Notes: generated from the sequence alone by a model not told the origin. Positions 8,913 through 18,996 are shown, numbered from the stretch's first letter. The stretch: DNA of 64,000 nt from Sphingosinicella sp. (GCA_052386895.1 JBQTJR010000020.1:17481-81480), one strand, 5' to 3'. Program-made: numbers and translations.

Positions 8913-9187
8913 AGCAAGGCCTTGGCCCGGATGAAACTGCGCAACGCGCCGAAGCTTTCGAGCATGTCGGCATCGACCTCGTCGTCCTGGATGAAGATAC
9001 CCAGGCGCTCCTCGATTTCGGTGAGCAGCCCGGCAATCGCCATCGAATCGAATTCCGGGAGCGCGCCGAATAGGGCGGTGGTGTCGTCGAACGCCGCCAC
9101 TCGCTGCGCACCCAGCCCCAGCACGTCGGACAACGCCGCCCGCAACGTTGCGTCCACTTCCTGCTCGTCGTTCCAGGCGGCGGCCAT
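8909..9187 (-). CDS. Acyl carrier protein
   Basis: 92 aa acidic protein with FDSMAI phosphopantetheine attachment motif. Confidence 0.93.
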   Translation of the reverse strand: MAAAWNDEQEVDATLRAALSDVLGLGAQRVAAFDDTTALFGALPEFDSMAIAGLLTEIEERLGIFIQDDEVDADMLESFGALRSFIRAKALL

Positions 9188-9210
9188 CGTCCCTCCAATT
9201 TAGCCGGCGA

Positions 9211-10209
9211 CTAGGGGTTGAACAGGCTCCGGGCAAGGCGCCGGGCAGCATCGCGAACCAGGCCGGTCATCCCCGCCAAGCGGGCGGGATTGTAGGCAGT
9301 CAATCGCCAGAGTAGCCGGCGCTCTTCCATCCAGTCAGCCTTGTAGGCTTCGTCGCCATTGCCGTAGTCGATCCACTCGACCTGGTCCTCGTCGATCGCA
9401 GCTCGGAACAGGGCTTGGCTGAGCAGGGTGCCGGGCGACAATTCCTTCGCGTGTTCGGCATAAGCGAGCTTGTGGATGGTGGCGGTTTCATTCTCGACAA
9501 GCCAAAACTGCGCGGCGACCGGCCGGCCCTGGTTGTAGGCGAGGCCCAGCCGCAGCGTTCCGGCTGCGCCCTCCTGCTCAGCCAGCGCACGGAGAAAAGG
9601 GAAGGACCCTTCCTCGGGTTTCCAGCTGGCGCGATAGACTGCTTCATAATCTGACCAAGATTTTTCGCTAAACTCTTTGAAAATACGTATATCTAGATCG
9701 GCTGACCTTGCCCGACGCTTGGCCGTCGAGCGCAGCCGCGATGGGCGCGCGGCCCAATAGTCTTCGAAATCCCCTTCAATCCGGGTCCGCCAATTGGCCG
9801 TCGCCGGCTCGATCGAAACCCGCCAGCCGCCGGCGCGGAAGGCTGCGGCAAGCGTCCCGGCCTCGACCAGCGGTTCGAGCTCGACCCGGGCGAAAGCCGG
9901 GCGCAACGCCCGTGCCAGCGTTTCCAACAGATGCGGTTGGTTCTCGCCGGCCACGTCGAAGCGCAACGAATAATAGGTGGCATAGGCCTCGGCGGACGAT
10001 CCCTTCGCTGCCAGGAATAGCCAAGCGCCGGTATCGCCCTCGGAGGTGCGCCAAACGTCGAGCCTTCCTGAAGGTGGGCAATGCCGGTGAATCAAACGGA
10101 ACCAGTCGAGCCGGCTGAACAGGCACGGTTCCGCATCGCGGCCGAGTACTGGTCCGGCTTCGCGCGTAGCCTGCTCGATATCGCCAAATCGCTCGATGGT
10201 CGCCGCCAT
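9211..10209 (-). CDS. GNAT family acyltransferase (Acetyltransf_6 / CelD-BcsL-like)
   Basis: YRASWKPEEG, PVAAQFW, IHKLAY, LSPGTLL, IDYGNGDEAYKADWM. Confidence 0.88.
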   Translation of the reverse strand: MAATIERFGDIEQATREAGPVLGRDAEPCLFSRLDWFRLIHRHCPPSGRLDVWRTSEGDTGAWLFLAAKGSSAEAYATYYSLRFDVAGENQPHLLETLARALRPAFARVELEPLVEAGTLAAAFRAGGWRVSIEPATANWRTRIEGDFEDYWAARPSRLRSTAKRRARSADLDIRIFKEFSEKSWSDYEAVYRASWKPEEGSFPFLRALAEQEGAAGTLRLGLAYNQGRPVAAQFWLVENETATIHKLAYAEHAKELSPGTLLSQALFRAAIDEDQVEWIDYGNGDEAYKADWMEERRLLWRLTAYNPARLAGMTGLVRDAARRLARSLFNP

Positions 10210-10268
10210 GCGGCCCTTTCCCTGCGCCCCCGGGTGCGGCACAAGCTGTGGCCTGTCAGGTCCATTCC

Positions 10269-11780
10269 GTGCAAGCCCCCGATCCCACGCCCCGGCCACT
10301 CGATCATCTCGCCCTTGTCGGCGAGCGATCCGCGCCGGCCTTGCTGACGCGCGAGGGCGCGCTCGATCATTCAGGCCTGAACGAATTGACCGGTCGGCTC
10401 GCGGCCGGCCTTTGCGATCGTGTCGCGGCCGGTGCGCGCGTGGCGAGCTGGCTTCGCAAGTCACAACTGACCAGCCTGCTGCCTCTAGCTTGCGCGCGCG
10501 CCGGGCTGGTTCATGTTCCGATCAATCCGCTGCTGAAGCGAATCCAGGTCGGTCACATCCTCGCCGATAGCGGCGCCGAGCTTTTGCTCAGTGGACGGGC
10601 ACGGATTGCGACGCTGGAGCCCGGCGACGCCCCGCCGCAATGCCAAGCGCTAGACGAGCCGGAAAGCGCCGGCCTGCTCGCACATGGTGAAACGCTGCCG
10701 CCGTCGGATGAGGATCCCAACAAACTCGTTGCGCTGCTCTACACGTCGGGGTCGACCGGCCGGCCGAAGGGGGTGATGCTGAGCCACGCCAATCTCTGGC
10801 TTGGCGCGGTTTCGGTCGCTTCCTACCTCGACATTTCGCCCCAGGATCGCGTGTTGGCGGTGCTGCCGTTGAGCTTCGACTATGGTCAGAACCAGTTGCT
10901 GTCCGCCTGGGCAGCCGGCGCTAGCGTAGCGCCGCTCGATTACCTGACGGCCCGCGATGTCATCCGCGCGGTCGAACGCTTTGGCATCACCACCTTGGCC
11001 GGCGTGCCGCCGCTCTGGGTCCAGCTGATCGAAGCAGCCTGGCCAGCGCCGGCGGCACTGTCGCTGCGGCGGCTGACAAACAGCGGCGGCAAGCTGGCGC
11101 CCTCGATCATCCGGCGCATGCGCGAGCTATTCCCCGCGGCTGAAATCTATTCGATGTACGGCCTCACCGAGGCGTTCCGCTCGACCTATCTCGAACCGGC
11201 ATTGCTCGATGCCCACCCCGATTCAATCGGGCGCGCCATCCCGCTCGCCGAGATCCTCATCGTCGATCGCAACGGCCATACCATTGAGGGCGCGGGGGAA
11301 GGGGAGCTGGTCCACGCCGGCCCGTTGGTCGCGCAGGGTTATTGGAACGATCCGGAGCGGACCGCCGAGCGATTCAAGCCGTCGCCCGCTGGCTCCGCTT
11401 ATGGCGGTATCGCCGTTTGGTCGGGCGATCGCGTCCGGCGCGACGCGGAAGGGTTGTTATCGTTCGTCGGCCGCGAGGACGGCATGATCAAGTCGGCCGG
11501 CAACCGCGTCAGCCCGACCGAGATCGAAGAAGCCGCGATCGATTCGGGCGTGGTGATCGAAGCGGTCGCGCTCGGTTACCTCGATTCCCGGCTCGGCGAG
11601 GCGATTGCGCTGATCGTCCGGCCGGACCGCCACGATCGCGAAGACAAGCTTCGCGACCATCTCAAGCGCTGCTTACCCAATTTTATGCAGCCAGCCTGTA
11701 TCGTCTGGCGTGACGAGCTGCCGCGCAGCCCGAATGGCAAACTGGACCGGGTCGAATTGAAAAACGAGCTGATGGCATGA
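10269..11780 (+). CDS. Acyl-CoA ligase (AMP-forming) / adenylating enzyme, exosortase A system-associated
   Basis: YTSGSTGRPKG, LPLSFDYGQNQ, MYGLTEAFRST, SGDRV, PRSPNGKLDR. Start GTG 10269 or 10248. Confidence 0.93.
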   Translation: MQAPDPTPRPLDHLALVGERSAPALLTREGALDHSGLNELTGRLAAGLCDRVAAGARVASWLRKSQLTSLLPLACARAGLVHVPINPLLKRIQVGHILADSGAELLLSGRARIATLEPGDAPPQCQALDEPESAGLLAHGETLPPSDEDPNKLVALLYTSGSTGRPKGVMLSHANLWLGAVSVASYLDISPQDRVLAVLPLSFDYGQNQLLSAWAAGASVAPLDYLTARDVIRAVERFGITTLAGVPPLWVQLIEAAWPAPAALSLRRLTNSGGKLAPSIIRRMRELFPAAEIYSMYGLTEAFRSTYLEPALLDAHPDSIGRAIPLAEILIVDRNGHTIEGAGEGELVHAGPLVAQGYWNDPERTAERFKPSPAGSAYGGIAVWSGDRVRRDAEGLLSFVGREDGMIKSAGNRVSPTEIEEAAIDSGVVIEAVALGYLDSRLGEAIALIVRPDRHDREDKLRDHLKRCLPNFMQPACIVWRDELPRSPNGKLDRVELKNELMA

Positions 11781-13039
11781 GCAAGCCAATGGGGGCGATT
11801 CCGTCGGGCATTACCGCCGCCCGCGATGACATGCTGTTGGTCGGCGGCCAGCGCGCCGACCGGCTGGTCGCGGCAGCGGGAGGCACCCCCTTGTTCGTCT
11901 ATGACTTGTCGCAGATCGACCGGCGGATTGGCGAATTCCGCACACACTTCCCATCTGTCGACCTACATTATGCCATGAAAGCAAATCCATACGTCGATTT
12001 ACTGCGATACGTTATCAGTAAGGTCGATGGTCTCGATGTCGCTTCGGGAGGCGAGTTGGCCCTAGCCCTCGCTGCCGGCGCCGATTCCGGGCGGGTCAGC
12101 TTTGCCGGGCCGGGTAAGAGCGACGAGGAGCTGCGACTGGCGATCGGCAACGGTGTTACGCTCAACTGCGAATCCGAGGGCGAAATGGCGCGTGCCCTGG
12201 CGATCGCCGACCAGCAGGGAAATCGGCCGCGACTGGCGGTACGGGTCAACCCCGATTTCGAGATTAAGGGCTCGGGCATGCGGATGGGCGGCGGCGCCCG
12301 GCCGTTTGGAGTCGATTGGGACCGGGTGCCGGCGCTGGTGCGGCATATCGTCGACAGCGGCGCCGAGTGGCGCGGCTTTCACATCTTCGCCGGATCGCAG
12401 GCGCTTGAGGCCGCGGCCCTGATCGAGGCGCAGCGCGCCACGCTCGATCTCGCCGCCCGCCTTGCCGAGCAAGCCGGCTCCGCGCCGCCCCTGGTCAATC
12501 TCGGCGGCGGCTTCGGCATCCCTTATTTTGCCGGTGAACGACCGCTCGAGATCACCGCGGTCGGGGTGGCGCTGGCGGAGGCGCTGGCCAGCCGGCCGCC
12601 GGTGCTGGCCAACACACAGTTCGCGATCGAGTTGGGCCGCTGGCTGGTCGGCGAGGCGGGGGTCTATCTCACCCGCGTCGTCGATCGCAAGCAGAGCCGC
12701 GGCAAGACCTTTCTGGTGGTCGACGGCGGCATGCAGCACCAGCTCGCCGCTTCCGGCAATTTCGGCCAAGTGGTGCGGCGCAACTTCCCGGTGGCAATCG
12801 CCAACCGTTTCGCGGCGCCGGCCGAGGAGGAAGCGAGCATCGTCGGCTGCCTGTGCACGCCGCTCGACCGGCTGGCCGAAGACGTCATGCTGCCCCGGGC
12901 CGAGGTCGGCGACCTGGTCGCGGTGTTTCTCGCTGGCGCCTACGGCCTCTCGGCCAGCCCGCAGGCCTTTCTCGCGCAGGCAGCAGCACGGGAGCTCGTT
13001 GTGGGCGGCGATGAGGTTGTCGCAAGAGCCTCGGCTTAA
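11777..13039 (+). CDS. Pyridoxal-dependent decarboxylase (Orn/DAP/Arg family), exosortase A system-associated
   Basis: YAMKANP (PLP Lys), DVASGGE, GPGK, HIFAGSQ, NLGGGFG, ELGRW, GCLCTPLD. ATGA overlap with the ligase. Confidence 0.93.
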   Translation: MSKPMGAIPSGITAARDDMLLVGGQRADRLVAAAGGTPLFVYDLSQIDRRIGEFRTHFPSVDLHYAMKANPYVDLLRYVISKVDGLDVASGGELALALAAGADSGRVSFAGPGKSDEELRLAIGNGVTLNCESEGEMARALAIADQQGNRPRLAVRVNPDFEIKGSGMRMGGGARPFGVDWDRVPALVRHIVDSGAEWRGFHIFAGSQALEAAALIEAQRATLDLAARLAEQAGSAPPLVNLGGGFGIPYFAGERPLEITAVGVALAEALASRPPVLANTQFAIELGRWLVGEAGVYLTRVVDRKQSRGKTFLVVDGGMQHQLAASGNFGQVVRRNFPVAIANRFAAPAEEEASIVGCLCTPLDRLAEDVMLPRAEVGDLVAVFLAGAYGLSASPQAFLAQAAARELVVGGDEVVARASA

Positions 13040-13146
13040 CCCCCCGGAATAGCTCGGTCCCTTTCTGGGACGGGCCCCAAAACGCCCTTGTTCCTAACAA
13101 TAATTTTACCTCTTCGGCCGATAGCTCCAGTCGAAGGGAACAGACC

Positions 13147-13788
13147 ATGCGCATGCTTACCGCGCCGGCCTTTGCTGCACTTGCCGCTTTCCTCTCGCTC
13201 TCCGCCTGCGCCTCGTTCGGCGGCAGCGGTGAGAGCCTGCCGCCCGCCAGCTTCGTCGGCGAGGGCGAGCCGGTCGGCGAGAGTTACGTCATCGGCGCCC
13301 TAGACGAGATCACCATCTTCGTCTGGCGCAATTCCGAGCTGGGGGCCAACGTCCAGGTCCGGCCCGACGGGCGGATCACCACGCCTTTGATCACCGACAT
13401 GGTCGCGGTCGGCAAGACGCCGGCCCAGCTCGCGGAGGACATCCGGGTGATCCTCGGCCAATACATCCAAGACCCATTGGTGTCGGTAATGGTCACCCGG
13501 CCGCAGGGCACCTTCTCGCAGCAGATCCGTATCGTCGGCGCGACCGAGCGGCCCGCCGCCATTCCCTATCGCGCCAACATGACCCTGCTTGACGCGATGA
13601 TCGCGGTCGGCGGGCTGTCCGAGTTCGCCGCCGGCGATCGCGCCCGTCTGATCCGCGTCGATCGCGGCAGCGGCCAGCAGCGCGAATATGATCTGCGCAT
13701 TGCCAGCCTGCTGCGCCGCGGCGATGTCAGGGCCAACGTCCGGCTCGAGCCCGGCGACGTGATCATCATCCCCGAGAGCATGTTCTGA
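13147..13788 (+). CDS. Polysaccharide export lipoprotein (Wza/OPX family), XrtA system
   Basis: Lipobox LSAC, VRPDGRITTPL, SLBB-like MTLLDAMIAVGGL, LEPGDVIIIPES. Confidence 0.93.
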   Translation: MRMLTAPAFAALAAFLSLSACASFGGSGESLPPASFVGEGEPVGESYVIGALDEITIFVWRNSELGANVQVRPDGRITTPLITDMVAVGKTPAQLAEDIRVILGQYIQDPLVSVMVTRPQGTFSQQIRIVGATERPAAIPYRANMTLLDAMIAVGGLSEFAAGDRARLIRVDRGSGQQREYDLRIASLLRRGDVRANVRLEPGDVIIIPESMF

Positions 13789-13810
13789 GGCGCCCGCGAA
13801 GGAGCCCAGC

Positions 13811-15340
13811 TTGGACGGTCTCTACGATCAGCTGAGAATTGCGCTGCACCAAGTGTGGCGGCGCCGTTGGCTCGCCATGGCCGTCGCCTGGGCGGTGGCG
13901 CTGCTCGGCTGGCTGGTGATCGCCCTCATCCCCAACAGCTACGAGGCGAAAGCTCGCTTGTTCGTGCAGATGCAGTCGATCCTTCCCAACCAGGTGGGGA
14001 TCACGCCCGATGAACGCCAGAACCAACTGCTGCGCTTGAAGCAGACTCTGACCTCCAACGAAAATCTCGTGCGGGTGGTGCGTCGTACCGACCTCAACGG
14101 CCGTGTCGCCAGCGAGCGTGATCTCGGCTTCGAGGTAACGGCGCTGCGTGGCCGCATCCAGATCAATGCGCTACCGGACGGTATGATCGAGCTTACCTCC
14201 TTCTCGAACCTGTCCGATTTCTCCAATGGCCAGAACGCCCGCACCGCGGCCGCCACTGTCCAGGCGCTGATCGACTTGTTCATCGAGCAGAACCTGTCCG
14301 GTGACCGGCGTGAGACCGGCCAGTCGCTCCAGTTTCTCGACGAGGAATTGCGGCGCCGCGAAACCCAGCTTTCCGAAGCCGAGCAGCGGATGGTCGAATT
14401 CGAGCAGCGCTTTATGGGGCTGCTGCCCGGCGAGGGCTCGATCGGCCAGCGCATGTCGGCGGCGCGCGCCGAGCTGGTCAATATCGAGCAGCAGGTGGTT
14501 TCCGCCAATGGCGCGCTCTCCGCGATGCGGGCGCAGCTGTCGGCGACGCCACAGACCATGCCGGGCATGGGTGAGGCTCCGACCACCGCCAGCGGCCAGA
14601 TCGCCTCCCTCGAGGCGCAGCTGAGCCAGAATTTCGCCCGCGGCTGGACCGAGCAGCATCCCGACGTGTTGGCCGCCCGCCAGCAGATCGCGCGGCTGCG
14701 GCCCTATGCTGCCCGCGAGCGCCGCGCCGGCACCGCTGGCATGCCCAATCCGAGCTACGTCTCGCTGCGGGCGATGTTGGCCGAGCGCGAGGCACAGCTC
14801 GCCGCGATCACCGCGCGCCGCAACCAGCTCCAGTCCGATCTAGCGCAACTCGCCGCGCGCCAGTCGAGCGAGCCGGGTCTGGCCGCGGAGCAAACCCGGC
14901 TCAACCGCGACTATGAGGTGCTCAAGACCCAATACGACCAGTTGCTCGCCAATCGTGAGCAGGTAAGGTTGCGCAGCGACGTTCAGACGCGCACCAATCC
15001 GATGTCGGTGCAGGTGGTCGAGCCGCCGAGCGTGCCGCGGGTTCCCAATACGCCAAACCGGCCGCTGTTCATCACCCTTGTACTGATCGTCGCGGTCGGC
15101 ACCGGTGCTGGAGCCGCGTTTGTCATCGGCCAGCTCCAGGCAACTTTCCCGACCCAGGTTCGGCTGGCGGCGGTTACCAATTTGCCGGTTTGGGGGAGCT
15201 TGAGCGAGGTCGTGACCGCGCTGGAGCGGGCGCGCCGCCGCCAGCGGCTGATGCGGCTGGGCGGGGCAGGGGCAGCGCTCGCCGGCAGCTACGTGCTGCT
15301 GATCCTCGTCGAATTCTGGCAGCGAAGCCAGGTGGCGTGA
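13811..15340 (+). CDS. Polysaccharide chain length determinant (PCP / Wzc periplasmic part), XrtA system
   Basis: N-terminal TM, long coiled coil, TEQHPDV, VEPPSVP..PNRP plus TM. Confidence 0.92.
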   Translation: MDGLYDQLRIALHQVWRRRWLAMAVAWAVALLGWLVIALIPNSYEAKARLFVQMQSILPNQVGITPDERQNQLLRLKQTLTSNENLVRVVRRTDLNGRVASERDLGFEVTALRGRIQINALPDGMIELTSFSNLSDFSNGQNARTAAATVQALIDLFIEQNLSGDRRETGQSLQFLDEELRRRETQLSEAEQRMVEFEQRFMGLLPGEGSIGQRMSAARAELVNIEQQVVSANGALSAMRAQLSATPQTMPGMGEAPTTASGQIASLEAQLSQNFARGWTEQHPDVLAARQQIARLRPYAARERRAGTAGMPNPSYVSLRAMLAEREAQLAAITARRNQLQSDLAQLAARQSSEPGLAAEQTRLNRDYEVLKTQYDQLLANREQVRLRSDVQTRTNPMSVQVVEPPSVPRVPNTPNRPLFITLVLIVAVGTGAGAAFVIGQLQATFPTQVRLAAVTNLPVWGSLSEVVTALERARRRQRLMRLGGAGAALAGSYVLLILVEFWQRSQVA

Positions 15341-16242
15341 TGAAACACGACCGCATTCCCCTCATCGAGCGCGCCGCCAGTATGTTCGACCTTGGCGGGA
15401 TGATGCGCGCGCCGCGGCCGGACCCTCGTTCGGCCGGGCTGCCAATCGAAGCGCCTTTCCCCGAAGCGACGGCTCCGTTCGCTTCTTCGCGCCCCGCGCC
15501 GAAGCCGTATTACGCGCATATCGATCGCAAGCGGCTGGCTCGCGCCGGCTGCATCGTACCGGAAGCGCCGGCGACCGGGCTGGCCGAAGAGTTCAGGCTG
15601 GTCAAACGCCAGCTGCTGGCGGCGATCGCGCGGCGCGTTTCACTGCCCGAGGAGCGAAGGCGCTCGCTGCTGATCGCCTCGTCGCAGCCGGGTGAGGGAA
15701 AGAGCTTTTGCGCCTTGAACCTCGCTTTGTCTCTGGCCGGCGAACAGGATGTCGAGGTGCTGCTGGTCGATGGCGACATAGCCAAGCCCGATTTGCCGCG
15801 ATTTCTCGGCCTCGAGCCGGCCCCGGGTCTGATCGATGCGCTGGCCGATCCCGGGGTCGATCCGGAGAGCATGGTGATCGCCACCGACGTGCCCGGCCTC
15901 TCGATCCTGTGCAGCGGCCGCCGGGTCAACAACGCTCCGGAATTGATCGCGTCGGAGCGGACCCGCGATGTGCAGGCGCGGTTGATCGCCGGCGATCGCC
16001 GCCGCATCATCCTGTTCGATTCGCCGCCAGCGCTGGTTGCGTCGGCCGCCAGCGTGCTGGCCTGCCAAGTCGGCCAGGTACTGGTCGTGGTGCGCGCCGA
16101 CCGTACCGTCGAAGCCGATTTGCGCGAGACTCTCGGCCTGCTCTCCGGCTGCGACAACATCGCGCTGGTGCTGAACGGCGCCTCGATCGCGGTCTCGAGC
16201 CGCAAATTCGGCAGCTATGAAAGCTACGGTCATGCGGCGTGA
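15340..16242 (+). CDS. BY-kinase (CpsD/CapB tyrosine autokinase), XrtA-associated
   Basis: EEFR, SSQPGEGKS Walker A, LVDGD, FDSPP, C-terminal tyrosines (FGSYESYG). Confidence 0.92.
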   Translation: MKHDRIPLIERAASMFDLGGMMRAPRPDPRSAGLPIEAPFPEATAPFASSRPAPKPYYAHIDRKRLARAGCIVPEAPATGLAEEFRLVKRQLLAAIARRVSLPEERRRSLLIASSQPGEGKSFCALNLALSLAGEQDVEVLLVDGDIAKPDLPRFLGLEPAPGLIDALADPGVDPESMVIATDVPGLSILCSGRRVNNAPELIASERTRDVQARLIAGDRRRIILFDSPPALVASAASVLACQVGQVLVVVRADRTVEADLRETLGLLSGCDNIALVLNGASIAVSSRKFGSYESYGHAA

Positions 16243-17923
16243 GTTGATAAGCCTCGCCGTCGCCATGCTTGGCGCGCTGACCGCATCGGTTGCGCAGGCA
16301 CAGCAGCTGCAGACGGCGCCGGTCGCGTCGTTTGGCGAGCCGGTGCTGGCCACGCCCATGTCCGCGGCTCCGGATGCGGGCGAACCGCTGAACGATCGCC
16401 CCGCGCGGATCCGCCAGCGCAGCCAAATCCGGCCCTACCTCGAAGTCTCGCAGGTGGTGAGCCACGACATCGATGGCGGCGATACTCTGACCTATACCAC
16501 CGCCGCGGCCGGGGTTGACGGCATCGTCCGCAGCCGCCGCATCACGGTTGCGCTAAGCTATCGCTATCAGCGCAACTTCGATTACCAGACGCCGCTCGGC
16601 GACACCGACATGCATTCCGGCGTCGCCATGGTGAACGCCCAGGTCATTCCTGGCGCGCTGCAGTTCGATGCCGGCGCCATGGCAACGCGCACCGGCGGCG
16701 AGGGGCGGGCGCTCGGCACCACCGTCAGCGACCCCTCAGTTGAAGTATATAGTTTCTTTGCTGGACCGAGCCTGTCGGCGCGTGCCGGGCCGGTCGCGAT
16801 CACCGGCATTTACCGGCTCGGTTATGTCATGATCGACGATGATAATCCGACCGGCGGACCGCGCGAGGATCTCGATTCCTCAATCGCCCACAACGCCACT
16901 GCCAGCATTGGCATGGCGCCGGGGCTGCTGCCGATCGGCTGGACCGTTGGCGCCGGCCACGTTCGCAGCGAAAATGAAGGCGAGTTCAATCACCTTTTCC
17001 AGGGCACCTACGTGCGCGGCGACGTCGTCGTTCCTCTGAGCCCGACCTTCGCGGTCACTGCCGGAATCGGTTACGAGGACATCGAAGCGAGCCAACTCGA
17101 TTTCGCCCGCGATGCCGCCGGCAACCCGGTGATCGGCCCAGATGGCCGGCCTCGCGCCGACCCGGCGAGGCCGCGCGTGCTGACCTACCAGATCAGCGGC
17201 CTGATCTACGATGCCGGCCTGATCTGGCGGCCGACTGCGCACACCGAGCTGCAGGCCCGCGCCGGTCATCGCTACGGCGGCACGACGGTGATGGGCAACC
17301 TTACTCACCGTTTCGGCCCGCGCAGCGGCGTGAATCTGACCGTGTTCGATACCGTCGAGACGTTCAGTAACAGGCTGGTAAACAATATCAGTAGTTTACC
17401 GCAAGGTTTTCAGGTCCAGCGTGATCCTTTGACGGGTGCGATCGGCGGCTGCGTGTTCGGCAACGATCCCGGCTCCGCTGTCTGCATCGACCAGACGCTG
17501 CAGACCATACGCGGTCACTCTGCCCGTTCGCGCGGGGCCGGCCTGGTCTTTTCCGGCAGCGGCCGGCTGTGGAGCTGGGGCGCTGGGGCCAGTTACGTTC
17601 ACAACCGTTTTGGCCGGCCCGCCGATCCGGTCTTCAACTTGCTGGGCCCGGTCGAAACCCAGAGCCTTAGCCTCAACGCCTCGTTGGGACGCCAGTTGAG
17701 CCGCACCTCGCAGGTCGGCTTCAGCACCTTTGCTAGCTGGTTCGACACCAATGCTGCTGGCGCCGAACCCGTGTTCAGCGCCGGCGGCACGCTCGGCCAC
17801 AGCCTGAGCTTCTTGTTCGACCGGCTGCAGCTCAACTCGTCGCTCGGCCTCTATCACACCGACGATGGTGTTCAGGCGAATACGGTTGGCTCCGCTCAGC
17901 TCGGCCTCAGACTCAGCTTCTAG
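16232..17923 (+). CDS. Outer-membrane beta-barrel protein of the PEP-CTERM/XrtA EPS locus
   Basis: Signal peptide, amphipathic beta strands, C-terminal Phe beta-signal (LGLRLSF); lies between the kinase and the ATPase. Confidence 0.85.
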   Translation: MRRELISLAVAMLGALTASVAQAQQLQTAPVASFGEPVLATPMSAAPDAGEPLNDRPARIRQRSQIRPYLEVSQVVSHDIDGGDTLTYTTAAAGVDGIVRSRRITVALSYRYQRNFDYQTPLGDTDMHSGVAMVNAQVIPGALQFDAGAMATRTGGEGRALGTTVSDPSVEVYSFFAGPSLSARAGPVAITGIYRLGYVMIDDDNPTGGPREDLDSSIAHNATASIGMAPGLLPIGWTVGAGHVRSENEGEFNHLFQGTYVRGDVVVPLSPTFAVTAGIGYEDIEASQLDFARDAAGNPVIGPDGRPRADPARPRVLTYQISGLIYDAGLIWRPTAHTELQARAGHRYGGTTVMGNLTHRFGPRSGVNLTVFDTVETFSNRLVNNISSLPQGFQVQRDPLTGAIGGCVFGNDPGSAVCIDQTLQTIRGHSARSRGAGLVFSGSGRLWSWGAGASYVHNRFGRPADPVFNLLGPVETQSLSLNASLGRQLSRTSQVGFSTFASWFDTNAAGAEPVFSAGGTLGHSLSFLFDRLQLNSSLGLYHTDDGVQANTVGSAQLGLRLSF

Positions 17924-17940
17924 GGCTCGGGGGCTCGCAG

Positions 17941-18987
17941 ATGTACCTTGAGCATTTCGGGTTTACCGGCCAGCCTTTCCAGCTGACGCCCGATGCGCGG
18001 TTCTGGTTTGAAAGCCGAACTCATCGTCGGGCGATGGCCTATCTCGGCTATGGCCTTGCGCAAAGCGAGGGCTTCATCGTCCTGACCGGCGAGATCGGCG
18101 CCGGCAAATCCACGCTGGCGGCCTACCTGCTGGCATCGATCGATCGCGCCCGGCTGAACGCAATCACTCTGGTATCGACCCAGGTTGGAGCGGACGACCT
18201 GCTGCGGATGGCGGCGCAGCGGCTCGGCATCGCGTCGGAGGGCGACAAGTCCCAGTTGCTCGACGCCATCGAGCAAAGGCTGATCGACGAACTGCGCGCC
18301 GGCAAGCGTACCTTGCTGATTGTCGATGAGGCACAGAACCTTCCGGTAGCGGCGCTCGAAGAGTTGCGGCTGCTCTCCAATTTCCAGGTCGCCGGCCGCG
18401 CGCTGATCCAAATACTCCTGCTCGGCCAGCCCGAGTTTCGCGATCGCCTGGCCGGCCCAGGTCTTGAACAATTGCGGCAGCGGGTCATCGCCTCCCACCA
18501 TCTCGAGGCGATGGCGCTCGACGAGGTCCAGGCCTACATCCAGCATCGCCTTCACCTCGCCGGCGGCCGAGGCCGGCCAGGTTTCACGCCGGAAGCCTTT
18601 GCCGCCATTCACCGGCTCAGTGGAGGTATTCCCCGGCGCATCAACCAGCTGGCGCAACGCCTGTTGCTTCACGCCGCGGTCGAGCGCGAGGAGGTCATTG
18701 GCGAACCCATCGTCGCCGCGGTGGCGAGCGAGCTCAATTCACGGCCTGACGAACCACAGGCAAATGAAGCAGTATTGCCACTGCGCAGCGTAGGCCCTCC
18801 ACCGCCGGCCGCGAACGAAACTTCGCCGCCAGCCGATGCCTTCGCTTCCGATCCGCAACTGGCGCGCCGCATCGCCACACTCGAGGAACGGGCCGAGACG
18901 CAGGAGGCGACCCTGCGCCGGGTACTCGGCCTGCTCGTCGACTGGGTTGAAGGCGCCGAATCGGTCCATCGGACCAACGCTGCCTAG
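17941..18987 (+). CDS. ExeA-like AAA ATPase, XrtA/PEP-CTERM system-associated
   Basis: MYLEHFGFTGQPFQLTPD, GEIGAGKST, VDEAQNL, LGQPEF, GGIPRRIN. Confidence 0.93.
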   Translation: MYLEHFGFTGQPFQLTPDARFWFESRTHRRAMAYLGYGLAQSEGFIVLTGEIGAGKSTLAAYLLASIDRARLNAITLVSTQVGADDLLRMAAQRLGIASEGDKSQLLDAIEQRLIDELRAGKRTLLIVDEAQNLPVAALEELRLLSNFQVAGRALIQILLLGQPEFRDRLAGPGLEQLRQRVIASHHLEAMALDEVQAYIQHRLHLAGGRGRPGFTPEAFAAIHRLSGGIPRRINQLAQRLLLHAAVEREEVIGEPIVAAVASELNSRPDEPQANEAVLPLRSVGPPPPAANETSPPADAFASDPQLARRIATLEERAETQEATLRRVLGLLVDWVEGAESVHRTNAA

Positions 18988-18996
18988 GGAGGGCCG

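Noticed and set aside
11777-13039. Annotation as lysA
   Set aside because: Same fold, but coupling to the ligase/ACP module and HIFAGSQ/CLCTPLD motifs fit the exosortase-associated family.
13090-13112. CtrA-like or sigma54 site upstream of the export gene
   Set aside because: CTAA-N7-TTTA has two mismatches to TTAA-N7-TTAA and no GG-N10-GC consensus was seen; too weak to call.
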